A DNA stretch of 64,000 bases from Candidatus Doudnabacteria bacterium (GCA_041497195.1 JBGQGB010000002.1:108140-172139); one strand, 5' to 3'; shown: positions 1 to 9,017, counted from the stretch's first letter. Notes: generated from the sequence alone by a model not told the origin. Numbers and translations: made by a program.

Positions 1-577
1 ACGAGTGAACCGCGAGCAGTTTGAGCAAGAATTCGAAAAACACCAGGCTCTCTCCCGGACTTCCTCTGCTGGCCGGTTCAAAGGAGGTCTGGCAGATTCT
101 TCCATGGAGACGACCAGACTTCACACTACTCATCACCTCTTGCTCAAGGCTTTGCAGGTAGTCCTGGGGCCGGATGTAAAACAGCGCGGCAGTAATATTA
201 CCGCCAAGCGCCTGCGCATTGATTTTAGTTATGCAATGAAATTGACTGATGAGCAGAAGCAAGAGATGGAGCGGATCGTGAACGAGAAAATTGGGGAAGA
301 TCTGCCTGTCATCCGAAGCATGATGCCAAAGCTGGAGGCGGAACGGCTCGGAGCTGAGCATGAGTTTGGGCAAAAATACCCAGACCAAGTTTCCGTCTAC
401 TCAATCGGGCCCAAAGGCGCGACCTTGCAGAATCCCCAATTTGAAAAAGCGTTTTCAATCGAGTTTTGCGGCGGGCCGCATGTCGAGCACACTGGCCAGA
501 TCGGCGGCAAATTTAAAATCACGAAAGAGGAAGCAGTGGCCGCCGGTATTAGGCGGATTAAGGGTATTGTTGACTGA
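1..577 (+). CDS. Alanyl-tRNA synthetase C-terminal region (editing domain) or AlaX-type editing protein; 5' end cut by the window
   Basis: HTTHHLLLKAL (HxxxH) and CGGPHV zinc/editing motifs typical of the AlaRS second additional (editing) domain. Ends GIRRIKGIVD without a C-Ala domain. The frame is open to the window edge. Confidence 0.65.
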   Translation, partial: RVNREQFEQEFEKHQALSRTSSAGRFKGGLADSSMETTRLHTTHHLLLKALQVVLGPDVKQRGSNITAKRLRIDFSYAMKLTDEQKQEMERIVNEKIGEDLPVIRSMMPKLEAERLGAEHEFGQKYPDQVSVYSIGPKGATLQNPQFEKAFSIEFCGGPHVEHTGQIGGKFKITKEEAVAAGIRRIKGIVD

Positions 578-585
578 ACAATAAT

Positions 586-1137
586 CTGAAGTCATATACT
601 TCTCCAAAAGTTAGAGTTCGTGAGAGCAAAATTGGGCAGGGGCTTTTTGCCATTGCGCAGATTAGCAAAGGAGAGCTTGTTATTGATTATCAGCGCGCGC
701 CCGGGAAATTCTTGAGCGCAAAACAGGCAGACTATTTCTATGCCCAAGGGAATGATTATATGATACAGATCGATGAAGATAAATTTTTTATAGCGACCAT
801 CGCTTCCGAGTTGGAGGAAGCCGATTTTTTGAATCATTCCTGCGACCCTTCATGCGGGATTGGCGGAAATTTGCGAATTGTTGCGATTAGAGACATCGGG
901 CCAGGTGAAGAGGTGACGATTGATTATGCGATGTCTGAAAGCTCTGAGTATGAGATGAATTGTAAATGTTCAAGTAGCAATTGCAGAGGAGTCGTGCGAG
1001 GAAAGGATTGGCGAGATAGAAAGTTGCAGATGAAATATCGTGGATTTTTTTCTGATTATTTACGCAAGAAGATTGAAATAGTAACGGCAGCCCAAAAGTC
1101 TGAGGAATTTAATTTAAGCAATTTAAAAGCCGCTTGA
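586..1137 (+). CDS. SET-domain protein (putative protein-lysine methyltransferase); start codon uncertain
   Basis: SET-domain N-terminal pattern (GQGLFA...I..GELVIDY), NHSCDPSC (NHSC pseudoknot motif), EEVTIDY, and a Cys-rich post-SET CKCSSSNCRG. The frame is open from 574 but the only canonical in-frame start is TTG at 712, inside the conserved domain. Confidence 0.65.
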   Translation: MKSYTSPKVRVRESKIGQGLFAIAQISKGELVIDYQRAPGKFLSAKQADYFYAQGNDYMIQIDEDKFFIATIASELEEADFLNHSCDPSCGIGGNLRIVAIRDIGPGEEVTIDYAMSESSEYEMNCKCSSSNCRGVVRGKDWRDRKLQMKYRGFFSDYLRKKIEIVTAAQKSEEFNLSNLKAA

Positions 1138-1149
1138 TATAATTGTTTT

Positions 1150-2064
1150 ATGAATTGGTTTTCGATAACATTAGTCATTCTCGGACTTTGTTTGTTTGAA
1201 ACTGTCTCGAGCGTGGACAACGCTATCATCAATGCCGAGGTTCTCTCCACCATGGGCGCTCGGTCGCGGCGCTGGTTTTTGAGCTGGGGAGTGCTTTTTG
1301 CAGTCTTTGCGGTCCGGGGCCTGCTGCCTTTTCTCGTGGTGTGGCTGTCGACCCCCGGCCTCAGTCCGGGTCAGGCTTTTACTGCCTCGTTTTCTTCAGA
1401 CCCGCGCGTCATTGAAGCCGTACACGTGGCTGCGCCTTTGCTTCTGATGGCGGGCGGGGTGTTTCTGATATTTTTGTTTTTGCACTGGCTGTTTTTGGAA
1501 CCCAAAAGCTATGGGCTGATCGGGGAGCGGTTTTTTCACTCCCAGGGCTTGTGGTTTTTCGCCGTGGTTTCTCTGCTTTTGAGTTTCATCGTCTGGCAGG
1601 CACTCAAGCTGAATCCCTTTTTGGCTTTTGCGGCCGTGCTCGGCTCGACCGCGTTTTTCATCACGCACGGTTTCAAAGAAAACGCCGCTATCAAGGAAAA
1701 AGAACTGATGAAAAGCGGCCTTTCCGACGTGAGCAAGATTTTCTATCTGGAAATGATCGATGCCACTTTTTCCATCGACGGAGTCTTGGGCGCGTTTGCT
1801 TTCACCCTGTCCGTGCCGCTCATCCTTCTAGGCAACAGCCTCGGCGCCATTTTGGTCCGAAATATCACGGTGAGTAACATCCAACGGATCAAAAAATATC
1901 GCTTTTTGAAAAACGGTGCCATGTATTCGATTTTGTTTTTGGGGCTCATCATGCTTTTGGATGGCTTTGGGTTACGAGTTCCGGAGTGGCTCTCGCCCGT
2001 GACGACATTTTTGACCGTGGGCTATTTCTTTTTCAAATCAAAAGCCGCCCTCAGGAGCTTCTGA
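1150..2064 (+). CDS. Integral membrane protein, TerC/DUF475-like
   Basis: Multi-pass hydrophobic protein with an ETVSSVDNAIINAEVL motif resembling TerC/DUF475 family signatures. Confidence 0.45.
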   Translation: MNWFSITLVILGLCLFETVSSVDNAIINAEVLSTMGARSRRWFLSWGVLFAVFAVRGLLPFLVVWLSTPGLSPGQAFTASFSSDPRVIEAVHVAAPLLLMAGGVFLIFLFLHWLFLEPKSYGLIGERFFHSQGLWFFAVVSLLLSFIVWQALKLNPFLAFAAVLGSTAFFITHGFKENAAIKEKELMKSGLSDVSKIFYLEMIDATFSIDGVLGAFAFTLSVPLILLGNSLGAILVRNITVSNIQRIKKYRFLKNGAMYSILFLGLIMLLDGFGLRVPEWLSPVTTFLTVGYFFFKSKAALRSF

Positions 2065-2115
2065 CGCATCTCCTGCCCTTTGTAGATTAGACTCTACAGC
2101 ATTTCCTGTTATAAT

Positions 2116-2973
2116 ATGGTCATGATAAGCCTCGAGAAGACGTCAGGGCTCCCTATCGAGATGAGGGATGATTTTTCTTTGGCTTTCGGAGCAGGAGTGG
2201 CTGCGGTCAAGGCGCAAGTCCGCGAGTTTTCGTCCATGAAAAACTATCTCAAGGACCCCCAAGCGCAGTTTGGCCGCCGCGACGTCTATCATATTTATCG
2301 CGATGTGTCCCTGGAGGCCGATGCGGAGAGGATCAGGACGGCCGGGGTGCAGTATGATTTGACTGTGATACCCCCGGGCATGATCGGCGATGAATTCGTC
2401 AAAACCATCGGACACTATCATCCTTACAAACCAGGAACAGCGGTCCGCTATCCGGAAGTATACGAGGTAATCCACGGCCAGGTGTTTTGGATCTTGCAGC
2501 GCCCAAGCGAGGATTTCGAACGGCTAGAAGAGGTGTATCTGATCCGCGGGGGTCGCGGCAGCAAACTGGTAGTGCCGCCTTCGTTCGGCCACGTCAGCGT
2601 CAATCCAACGGATGAAGTCCTGGTTCTTTCCAATTGGCAGCCGCGCGGCCTCGAGCCTCTGTATGAATCTTATGAAACTCACAATGGCGCGGCGTACTAT
2701 GTGACTCGTTCGGAAAGGCTGTCCAAAACAGGCAGCACGTCGACCAATTTTGAATTCGTGCCGAACTTGAGCTACAAATCCGTGCCGGAACTGCAGCCGG
2801 CGGAGTCGCGCGAATTGCCCCAGTATAATTTACGAAGCGCCCTGCCGATTTATTTTACGGGAACGAAAGATTTGTCCACTTTGGATTTTTTGACCAATCC
2901 GGAAAAGTATCTCGACGATTTGACTGTCAATAAACTGTTGAGTCCGCAAGTCTATGAAAAGTTTAGATATTAG
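2116..2973 (+). CDS. Cupin-type glucose-6-phosphate isomerase (archaeal cPGI family)
   Basis: TIGHYHP...YPEVYEVIHG matches the cPGI signature (TxGHxHxxxxxExY) of Pyrococcus-type cupin PGIs. Confidence 0.6.
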   Translation: MVMISLEKTSGLPIEMRDDFSLAFGAGVAAVKAQVREFSSMKNYLKDPQAQFGRRDVYHIYRDVSLEADAERIRTAGVQYDLTVIPPGMIGDEFVKTIGHYHPYKPGTAVRYPEVYEVIHGQVFWILQRPSEDFERLEEVYLIRGGRGSKLVVPPSFGHVSVNPTDEVLVLSNWQPRGLEPLYESYETHNGAAYYVTRSERLSKTGSTSTNFEFVPNLSYKSVPELQPAESRELPQYNLRSALPIYFTGTKDLSTLDFLTNPEKYLDDLTVNKLLSPQVYEKFRY

Positions 2974-4288
2974 GCCAGCCGGGAGTAGTCCGAAGCGCCC
3001 GTTTTTGAAGAAAGCGCCCATCTCTGCCCCGGAAAAAACCGAAAAATTCCCGTCGTTTCGGGTCCAGAGAGTGCCGAAGCAGGCAATGCCCAATTTGATG
3101 GGAGCCGTCGTGAGAAAAAAAATTCCAAAAACCGCGACAACGGTTGTCGGCATCGCTTTGCTGGTACTGGGGCTGATCAGTTTTTTCGTTTTGCCCGAGG
3201 CCCGGATACAAGTGACATTGAGAAGCGAGCCGGCTACTCGCGATTTTCAAATTCACGTGGATAAGAGCCAAACTCAGGTAGATGCGTCAAACCTGGCTGT
3301 CCCGGCTAAATATCTTGAACAGGAAATTTCCGGGACCAAAACTTTCATCCCGACCGGGGCTCGCAACGTGGGCAAGACCGCCTCGGGATTTGTCTATATT
3401 TACAATTTCGCCAAAACCCCGCTCATTCTCAAAGCGCAGACTACCACCCTCACGGCCAACGGGCACCAGTATTTTTTTACGCAAGACGTCGCCAACATCC
3501 GGCCGACCGCCCTGATTGGTTTGGATAATCCGGAAGTCGACCCCACGAGTCTCATCCCGCCCGTGCCAGTCGTGGCATCAGGTCCCGGCGGCGAGTACAA
3601 CTTGCCGAAAGGCTCCCGGATCGAGATCAGCAATGAAGCGTTTGGCAGCCAGCCGAAACTTCTATACGCGGTCGTGGCCGAGGACGTCGCCGGAGGCACC
3701 AACCAGCAAGTCAAAATTGTCACAGCCGGGGATGTCGCCGCTTCGTACGCGGCAGTCACCAAAGATCTCGTGGATGGGGCGCGTCAGGTCCTCGTCACCC
3801 AGAATCCTGACGCCAAACTTTTGGACAACGCCGCGACAGCGGATGTGCTGGAGCAAAAGACTTCGGTCCCGGCGGGCACGCAAGCGGATCAATTTGAAGC
3901 GACTGTAAAAATAAAATTGCGAGGCCTCGCTTATAATGACGCTGATATTCGCGACATCATAATGCAGCGGATCGAGCGGTTATTGCCTGCGAACAAAGTT
4001 TTGAAAAAAGACCAGTCCACGAGTGTTGCGTCCAATTTTACCTTTGTGAACATCGACCAGGGCCAGGGGACGCTGGCCGCACATTTTGAGGGGGAAGTAG
4101 TCTACCGGGTGGACCCGCAGGAACTAACCGAGCGGGTCAAAGGCAAAAATGCCGCCGAGATCAAGGAAATCCTGCTGTCTCGACCGGAAATCCAGAGTGC
4201 GGAAGTCCGTTTTTACCCTTTCTGGGTAAAGAAAGCGCCTACCTTCTCCAGCAAGATCTATTTCGACGTTCAGCAACCGGCCACTTGA
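2954..4288 (+). CDS. Hypothetical membrane-anchored extracytoplasmic protein
   Basis: Basic N-terminal tail, a single TM helix (TVVGIALLVLGLISFFVL), then a large T/A/G-rich domain with no recognisable motif. Confidence 0.5.
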   Translation: MKSLDIRPAGSSPKRPFLKKAPISAPEKTEKFPSFRVQRVPKQAMPNLMGAVVRKKIPKTATTVVGIALLVLGLISFFVLPEARIQVTLRSEPATRDFQIHVDKSQTQVDASNLAVPAKYLEQEISGTKTFIPTGARNVGKTASGFVYIYNFAKTPLILKAQTTTLTANGHQYFFTQDVANIRPTALIGLDNPEVDPTSLIPPVPVVASGPGGEYNLPKGSRIEISNEAFGSQPKLLYAVVAEDVAGGTNQQVKIVTAGDVAASYAAVTKDLVDGARQVLVTQNPDAKLLDNAATADVLEQKTSVPAGTQADQFEATVKIKLRGLAYNDADIRDIIMQRIERLLPANKVLKKDQSTSVASNFTFVNIDQGQGTLAAHFEGEVVYRVDPQELTERVKGKNAAEIKEILLSRPEIQSAEVRFYPFWVKKAPTFSSKIYFDVQQPAT

Positions 4289-4316
4289 CCCCCCATTATT
4301 TTAAAATAGTGGGGGG

Positions 4317-4345
4317 TTGACACCCTTGTCTTTTCCTGTTATTAT
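4317..4345 (+). promoter_or_regulatory. Sigma70-like promoter TTGACA-17-TATTAT upstream of the infA-rpmJ-rpsM... operon
   Basis: Exact TTGACA at 4317-4322, a 17-nt spacer, TATTAT at 4340-4345. Confidence 0.6.
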
Positions 4346-4372
4346 TTTTTTACTAATCAATTAGCAGATAGT

Positions 4373-4660
4373 TTGATAAACGCACCGGTTTCTCAAGACT
4401 TCGGAGAGAACAGATCCAGTTCGAATACGAAGGAAAAAATAGAAATCGAAGGCAAGGTCATCGAGGCTTTGCCGAATACTTTGTTTCGTGTGCAAATTGA
4501 CGCCGGCCCTGGTAGACCGGCCAATTCCGGGCAGGAGATTTTGGCGCACATCGCAGGACGGCTGCGCGTCAATCGAATCAGAATTTTGCCCGGGGACAGG
4601 GTTCGGGTCGAGCTGACCCCCTATGACCTCAAACGCGGCAGAATAACCAGACGATTATAA
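4373..4660 (+). CDS. infA: Translation initiation factor IF-1
   Basis: [22 protein letters not shown]...[36 protein letters not shown] matches the IF-1 S1-like fold. The N-terminal 18 aa and the start codon (TTG 4373) are uncertain. Confidence 0.8.
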   Translation: MINAPVSQDFGENRSSSNTKEKIEIEGKVIEALPNTLFRVQIDAGPGRPANSGQEILAHIAGRLRVNRIRILPGDRVRVELTPYDLKRGRITRRL

Positions 4661-4678
4661 TTTACATAAGGTGAATGA

Positions 4679-4792
4679 ATGAAAGTCCGTGCTTCAGTGA
4701 AAAAAATGTGCAAAAAATGCAAGATTATCCGGCGCAAAGGCCGCGTCTTTATCATTTGCGACAATCCCAAGCATAAACAAAGGCAGGGCTGA
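4679..4792 (+). CDS. rpmJ: 50S ribosomal protein L36
   Basis: Hand-translated 37 aa [37 protein letters not shown], a C-x2-C...C...H zinc ribbon. It is not in the supplied ORF track because it is shorter than the cutoff. Confidence 0.85.
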   Translation: MKVRASVKKMCKKCKIIRRKGRVFIICDNPKHKQRQG

Positions 4793-4831
4793 TTAAACAG
4801 TTATTTAAGGTTCCCAAAACGAGTCACGACG

Positions 4832-5227
4832 ATGGCGAGCATCCGTATTGCGGGAGTCAACCTCCCATTACAAAAACGCATTGAAGCAGCTCTCCCATAT
4901 ATTTACGGGATCGGTTTTCCGCGCGCGCGCAAGATTCTCAAAGAAGTGAAAATTGACCCGGGCAAACGCACCTCCGAGCTGAGCGAATCCGAAGTCAGCA
5001 AACTGAAAGAATTCATCGAAGGCAATTTCAAAGTCGAAGGCGCCCTGCGGCAAGAAGTCTTGCAGAACATCAAGCGCCTCAAGGAAATCGGTGCGTTTCG
5101 CGGGATCCGGCATATCCGGGGGTTGCCCGCGCGCGGTCAGCGCACCAGGACCAATTCCCGCACAGTGCGCGGCAACGTCCGCAAGACTGCTGGCTCCGGC
5201 CGCAAAGCCTCGTCTGAGAAGACATAA
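4832..5227 (+). CDS. rpsM: 30S ribosomal protein S13
   Basis: MASIRIAGVNLP...YIYGIG N-terminus and a basic C-terminus. Confidence 0.9.
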   Translation: MASIRIAGVNLPLQKRIEAALPYIYGIGFPRARKILKEVKIDPGKRTSELSESEVSKLKEFIEGNFKVEGALRQEVLQNIKRLKEIGAFRGIRHIRGLPARGQRTRTNSRTVRGNVRKTAGSGRKASSEKT

Positions 5228-5228
5228 T

Positions 5229-5262
5229 CAGGAAGTAGCTGTTAGCTTGTAGCTTGTTAGGC
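5229..5262. repeat. Tandem heptamer repeat (TAGCTGT/TAGCTTG/TAGCTTG) giving TAG stops in all three frames
   Basis: TAG at 5236, 5243, 5250 and 5258. The unit TAGCTTG recurs at 61791-61797. Confidence 0.5.
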
Positions 5263-5304
5263 GAATGTTTAAGAACCTAAATCATTAGCGAAGAACGGAG
5301 TCGA

Positions 5305-5745
5305 ATGGGCGAACAAAAAGTCAAAACAATGGAAGGCACTGGGCAAACGGACGCCAAAGCGGGGCCCAAAGCAGCCGGCGCGAAAAAAGCCAAGCATAAA
5401 GTGCCGCGCGGCCGCATTTACGTGCAATCCACTTACAACAACACCATCATCACGGTGACAGATCCGACCGGAAATGTCGTGGGATGGGGCAGCGCGGGAT
5501 TGGCCGGGTTTAAAGGCAGCAAAAAATCAACTCCCTACGCGGCTCAGCGCACCATGGAAGAACTCATGACCAAACTCAAAAACGTCGAGCTGCGGGAAGT
5601 AGATGTATTTATCAAAGGCGTCGGCTCGGGCCGGGACTCTGCGATCAGGGCTTTGCAGGGAGCCGGCATTGAGGTTTTGTCTATCAAAGACGTGACCCCG
5701 ATACGCCATGGCGGGGTGCGGCCCAAGAAAGTGAGGAGAGTATGA
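5305..5745 (+). CDS. rpsK: 30S ribosomal protein S11
   Basis: VPRGRIYVQSTYNNTIITVTD...GFKGSKKSTPYAAQ matches the S11 core. Confidence 0.9.
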   Translation: MGEQKVKTMEGTGQTDAKAGPKAAGAKKAKHKVPRGRIYVQSTYNNTIITVTDPTGNVVGWGSAGLAGFKGSKKSTPYAAQRTMEELMTKLKNVELREVDVFIKGVGSGRDSAIRALQGAGIEVLSIKDVTPIRHGGVRPKKVRRV

Positions 5746-6347
5746 GAAAAATCGGTCCGAAAACCAGACTGGCCCGGCGAATCGGGGAGCCGCTGCGGGA
5801 CAAAGACGTCAAGATTTTGACCAAGCGCAATTATCCTCCTGGCATGCATGGTCAGAGTCGGCAGCGTCGCTCCGAGTACGGGATGCAGCTTTCGGCCAAA
5901 CAGAAAGCCAAGTGGATCTATCAGCTGAGCGAGCGGCAGTTCCGTACTTATGTGGATGCCAGTGCGCGAAACCGCGCGTTGACTTCTGCCGTGCTTTTGG
6001 CCTTGCTGGAGCTGCGGCTCGACAACGTGGTTTACCGCCTCGGCATCGGCGCCTCGCGAGCGCAAGCGAGACAGCTCGTCTCCCATGGTTTCATCACAGT
6101 GAATACCAAGAAAGTCAATCTGCCGTCGTACCAGGTCAAGGTCGGGGATGAGATCGGGATCGCTCCAAACAAGAAAGCTTCGAAATACCTCCAGATCCGC
6201 GAACCGGCTTTGCGCGAATACAAGCCCCAGGAGTGGTTGTCCTTTGATGTCAAAGCTTGGACCGGCAAGGTCTTGTCCAAACCGACCCTTGACAATACCG
6301 GTTCGACCTTGCAGATTGACTCGATCATCGAACACTACAGCCGATAG
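5742..6347 (+). CDS. rpsD: 30S ribosomal protein S4
   Basis: S4 N-terminal domain plus an S4 RNA-binding motif (VVYRLGIGASRAQARQLVSHG). Start overlaps the rpsK stop (ATGA). Confidence 0.9.
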   Translation: MRKIGPKTRLARRIGEPLRDKDVKILTKRNYPPGMHGQSRQRRSEYGMQLSAKQKAKWIYQLSERQFRTYVDASARNRALTSAVLLALLELRLDNVVYRLGIGASRAQARQLVSHGFITVNTKKVNLPSYQVKVGDEIGIAPNKKASKYLQIREPALREYKPQEWLSFDVKAWTGKVLSKPTLDNTGSTLQIDSIIEHYSR

Positions 6348-6383
6348 TTTTTTTAAACAGTTAATTTTTTTGAGAGGGAAACT

Positions 6384-7340
6384 ATGGAAAATCTCATTCC
6401 GCTACCCAACAAAATTTATTTCGCGAAAGAAGAGAAATTCAAATCTCAGGTAATCATCGAGCCTCTTTATCCCGGCTACGGGATGACCATTGGTAATGCT
6501 TTGCGCCGCGTGCTTTTGTCTTCTTTGCCCGGTGCCGCGGTGACGGCCGTGAAGATCAAGGGCGTCGATCATGAGTTTTCCTCGATTCAAAACGTCACCG
6601 AAGACGTCGTCGATATCATTTTGAACCTCAAAAAGTTGCGTTTGCGCATGGATGCCCAGGAGCCAGTGAAGCTCGAGCTTCGGGCTAAGGGCCAAAAAGA
6701 AGTGTACGCCTCGGACATCAAGGTCGACTCACGAGTCGAGATCATCAACAAGGATTTGCTCATTGCCACGCTTGACGCCAAAAATACTGATTTTTTCATG
6801 GAAATCATCGTGGAGCCAGGCCGCGGCTACGTGCCGGTCGAACAGCGCGAGAGCGAAAAACTGGAAATCGGGATGATCTCGGTGGACGCCATTTTCACGC
6901 CCATGCGCAACGTCAATTTTGAGGTGGAGAACGTGCGCGTCGGCAAAATCACCAATTACGACAAATTGACCATTACTATGGAAACAGACGGAACGACTAC
7001 CGGCCGGGAAGCCATGGACCTTGCTTCTCAGATTTTGGTTGATCACTTCGCGCTTCTCAAGACTGCGGAAGCAGGCGAGGAAGTGCCGGCTCCGGTCAAG
7101 GAAGCAGCCCCGGAAGAGGCGGAACTGGTCATTGAGGAAGGCGCTGGAGTGACTGCGGGAGACGACCTCAAGGCTTTGGGCCTCTCGAACCGGGCATACA
7201 ACGCGCTCGTGAAAAACAACGCCACTCTCCAGGAGCTCAAGAAAATGACGCGCGAGGACCTGCAGAAACTCGAAGGCTTGGGCGCCAAATCAATCGATGA
7301 GATTTTAAAAGTTTTGGAAACGCATGAGGCATCGGAATAA
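6384..7340 (+). CDS. rpoA: DNA-directed RNA polymerase alpha subunit
   Basis: EPLYPGYGMTIGNALRRVLLSSLPGAAVTAVKI N-terminal domain and a C-terminal alpha-CTD helix-hairpin-helix (LKALGLSNRAYNAL). Confidence 0.9.
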   Translation: MENLIPLPNKIYFAKEEKFKSQVIIEPLYPGYGMTIGNALRRVLLSSLPGAAVTAVKIKGVDHEFSSIQNVTEDVVDIILNLKKLRLRMDAQEPVKLELRAKGQKEVYASDIKVDSRVEIINKDLLIATLDAKNTDFFMEIIVEPGRGYVPVEQRESEKLEIGMISVDAIFTPMRNVNFEVENVRVGKITNYDKLTITMETDGTTTGREAMDLASQILVDHFALLKTAEAGEEVPAPVKEAAPEEAELVIEEGAGVTAGDDLKALGLSNRAYNALVKNNATLQELKKMTREDLQKLEGLGAKSIDEILKVLETHEASE

Positions 7341-7668
7341 AAGACATTTACGCGGCAGCGCTGACAGACAACGCAAAGAGCTACGGGCCCTGGCCACTGC
7401 TCTGGTTTTGTACGAACGCATCGAGACCACCCAGGCTCGCGCCAGACTGGCGCGCACTGCCGTGGAAAAAATGATTACGCGCGGCAAGCAACCGGGGCTA
7501 GTCACTGTCCGGCATTTGCGCCGCGACCTGCCGCTGAACGCGGTCAAAAAAATCGTGGAAGTGCTGGGACCGCGCTACCTGAGCAGACCCGGCGGCTATA
7601 CGCGAATTTTACATAATGGAAAATTTAGAGACGGCGGCACGAAAGTGCTACTGGAGTTTGTAAAATAA
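7324..7668 (+). CDS. rplQ: 50S ribosomal protein L17
   Basis: Classic MRHRNKRHL... start. Overlaps the rpoA 3' end. Confidence 0.9.
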   Translation: MRHRNKRHLRGSADRQRKELRALATALVLYERIETTQARARLARTAVEKMITRGKQPGLVTVRHLRRDLPLNAVKKIVEVLGPRYLSRPGGYTRILHNGKFRDGGTKVLLEFVK

Positions 7669-7674
7669 TTTTTT

Positions 7675-8112
7675 ATGAACCCTTCCCAGACGAGCAAAAC
7701 AACTTTACCGAAAGTTTCCGAGATCAAGCGGCAGTGGCTCGAGATAGACGCCAGCAAACACTCGCTCGGGCGACTCGCCAGCCGCATCGCCACGCTTTTG
7801 CGCGGCAAGCACAAAGTCAGTTTTACGCCGCATATGGATGTGGGCGATTTTGTGGTTGTGATCAATGCCAAGCAAATCAAAGTCACCGGCCGCAAGCTCA
7901 TCCAGAAAAAATATCACCGGTTTTCCGGTTATCCGGGCGGCATTACTACCACTATTTTGCGGGACGCGTTGCTCCGGTCGCCGCGTTTCGTCATTCACGA
8001 AGCCGTGCGGCGCATGCTGCCTACAAATCGGCTGCGCACGCCGATGCTGAAACGTATGAAGGTCATAGACGAGGACAAACACACTTTCAAAATTGACAAG
8101 AAATTAGACTAA
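7675..8112 (+). CDS. rplM: 50S ribosomal protein L13
   Basis: WLEIDASKHSLGRLASRIATLLRGKHK...L13 fold. Confidence 0.9.
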   Translation: MNPSQTSKTTLPKVSEIKRQWLEIDASKHSLGRLASRIATLLRGKHKVSFTPHMDVGDFVVVINAKQIKVTGRKLIQKKYHRFSGYPGGITTTILRDALLRSPRFVIHEAVRRMLPTNRLRTPMLKRMKVIDEDKHTFKIDKKLD

Positions 8113-8113
8113 G

Positions 8114-8656
8114 ATGCCACAAAAGAAAGTTACAAAAAAACCGGCTCACCGAAAAGTGGCGGCCAAGAAAGTCGCCAAAGAGCCAAAGCACGACGTGGTT
8201 GTACCCGAAGCCGCTGCAGTGGCAGAAGTGGTTGAAGCAAAAGAAACCAAGCCAGTTATTCACAAGCAGCGCTACGTTTCCTCCATCGGGCGCCGCAAGA
8301 CCTCTCAGGCTAAGATCAAACTCTGGGCCGAAGGCACTGGAGAGTTTACCGTCAACCAGAGAACGCTTGAGCATTATTTCCCGACTCTGCAATTGCAAAA
8401 ATTTGCCACCGAACCGCTGAGTGTGATGGGACTGCTCAAGAAAGTAAATGTAGTGGTCATCACGCGGGGCGGGGGGGTCAATTCCCAGTCGCAGGCCGTG
8501 GGGCTGGGTATAGCGCGGGCACTCTTGGGGCTGGATCCGAATATGAGGGCAACCATGAGGAAGTCAGGATTTCTCACTAGGGACGCCAGGAAGAAAGAGC
8601 GGAAAAAGCCTGGATTGAAGCGAGCCCGCCGGGCGCCACAGTGGCAAAAAAGATAG
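8114..8656 (+). CDS. rpsI: 30S ribosomal protein S9 (with a Lys/Ala-rich N-terminal extension)
   Basis: C-terminal RKKERKKPGLKRARRAPQWQKR and YVSSIGRRKTSQA core. About 55 aa of basic low-complexity extension. Confidence 0.9.
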   Translation: MPQKKVTKKPAHRKVAAKKVAKEPKHDVVVPEAAAVAEVVEAKETKPVIHKQRYVSSIGRRKTSQAKIKLWAEGTGEFTVNQRTLEHYFPTLQLQKFATEPLSVMGLLKKVNVVVITRGGGVNSQSQAVGLGIARALLGLDPNMRATMRKSGFLTRDARKKERKKPGLKRARRAPQWQKR

Positions 8657-8715
8657 CAATCTTTTTTGTCCTGAGCCGGTCGAATGGGCAAAAATACTAA
8701 ATACGAATTTTGGAA

Positions 8716-8745
8716 CCAGTCCGAGTACTCGGACTGGTTTTATAA
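8716..8745 (+). terminator. Rho-independent terminator after rpsI
   Basis: Perfect 9-bp stem CCAGTCCGAG-TAC-TCGGACTGG followed by TTTTAT. Confidence 0.7.
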
Positions 8746-8750
8746 ACTTT

Positions 8751-8767
8751 GACTAGCCTAGATTAGC
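8751..8767. repeat. Short TAG-phased repeat (TAGCCTAGATTAGC) with stops in all three frames
   Basis: TAG at 8754, 8759 and 8764 (frames 0, 2, 1). Confidence 0.4.
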
Positions 8768-8815
8768 TTTTTTTGCTTTTCGCATTTATACTGCTTCATA
8801 ATCTTAAGGTATCTA

Positions 8816-8844
8816 TTGAATTGTTATCATTTTTATGCTATAAT
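8816..8844 (+). promoter_or_regulatory. Promoter TTGAAT-17-TATAAT placing the transcription start at or within 1 nt of the antitoxin ATG (leaderless)
   Basis: TTGAAT at 8816-8821, 17-nt spacer, TATAAT at 8839-8844, ATG at 8852. Confidence 0.5.
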
Positions 8845-8851
8845 GAGAATA

Positions 8852-9015
8852 TGAAAAAATTCTATGCAGCAACAATCAAGCAGGAATCTCAAGGTTCTTC
8901 TCGTACGCCCACAGTACCGCATGTACCTGAAGAAAGACGAGAGTTAATAAGAGAAGCTGTAAAAAGAACATTTGATGATTATGGTGAAGCCCTAAAAAAG
9001 TTAGGGAGTGATTAA
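8852..9015 (+). CDS. Putative antitoxin (Phd-like partner of the Doc toxin)
   Basis: 54-aa ORF MKKFYAATIKQ...GEALKKLGSD immediately upstream of, and almost abutting, the Doc-family gene. No motif recognised; the assignment is positional. Confidence 0.45.
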
Positions 9016-9017
9016 TA

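Noticed and set aside
5544-6335. 263-aa minus-strand ORF
   Set aside because: It lies entirely antisense to rpsK and rpsD, which are clearly real. No motif. Typical GC-rich antisense read-through ORF.
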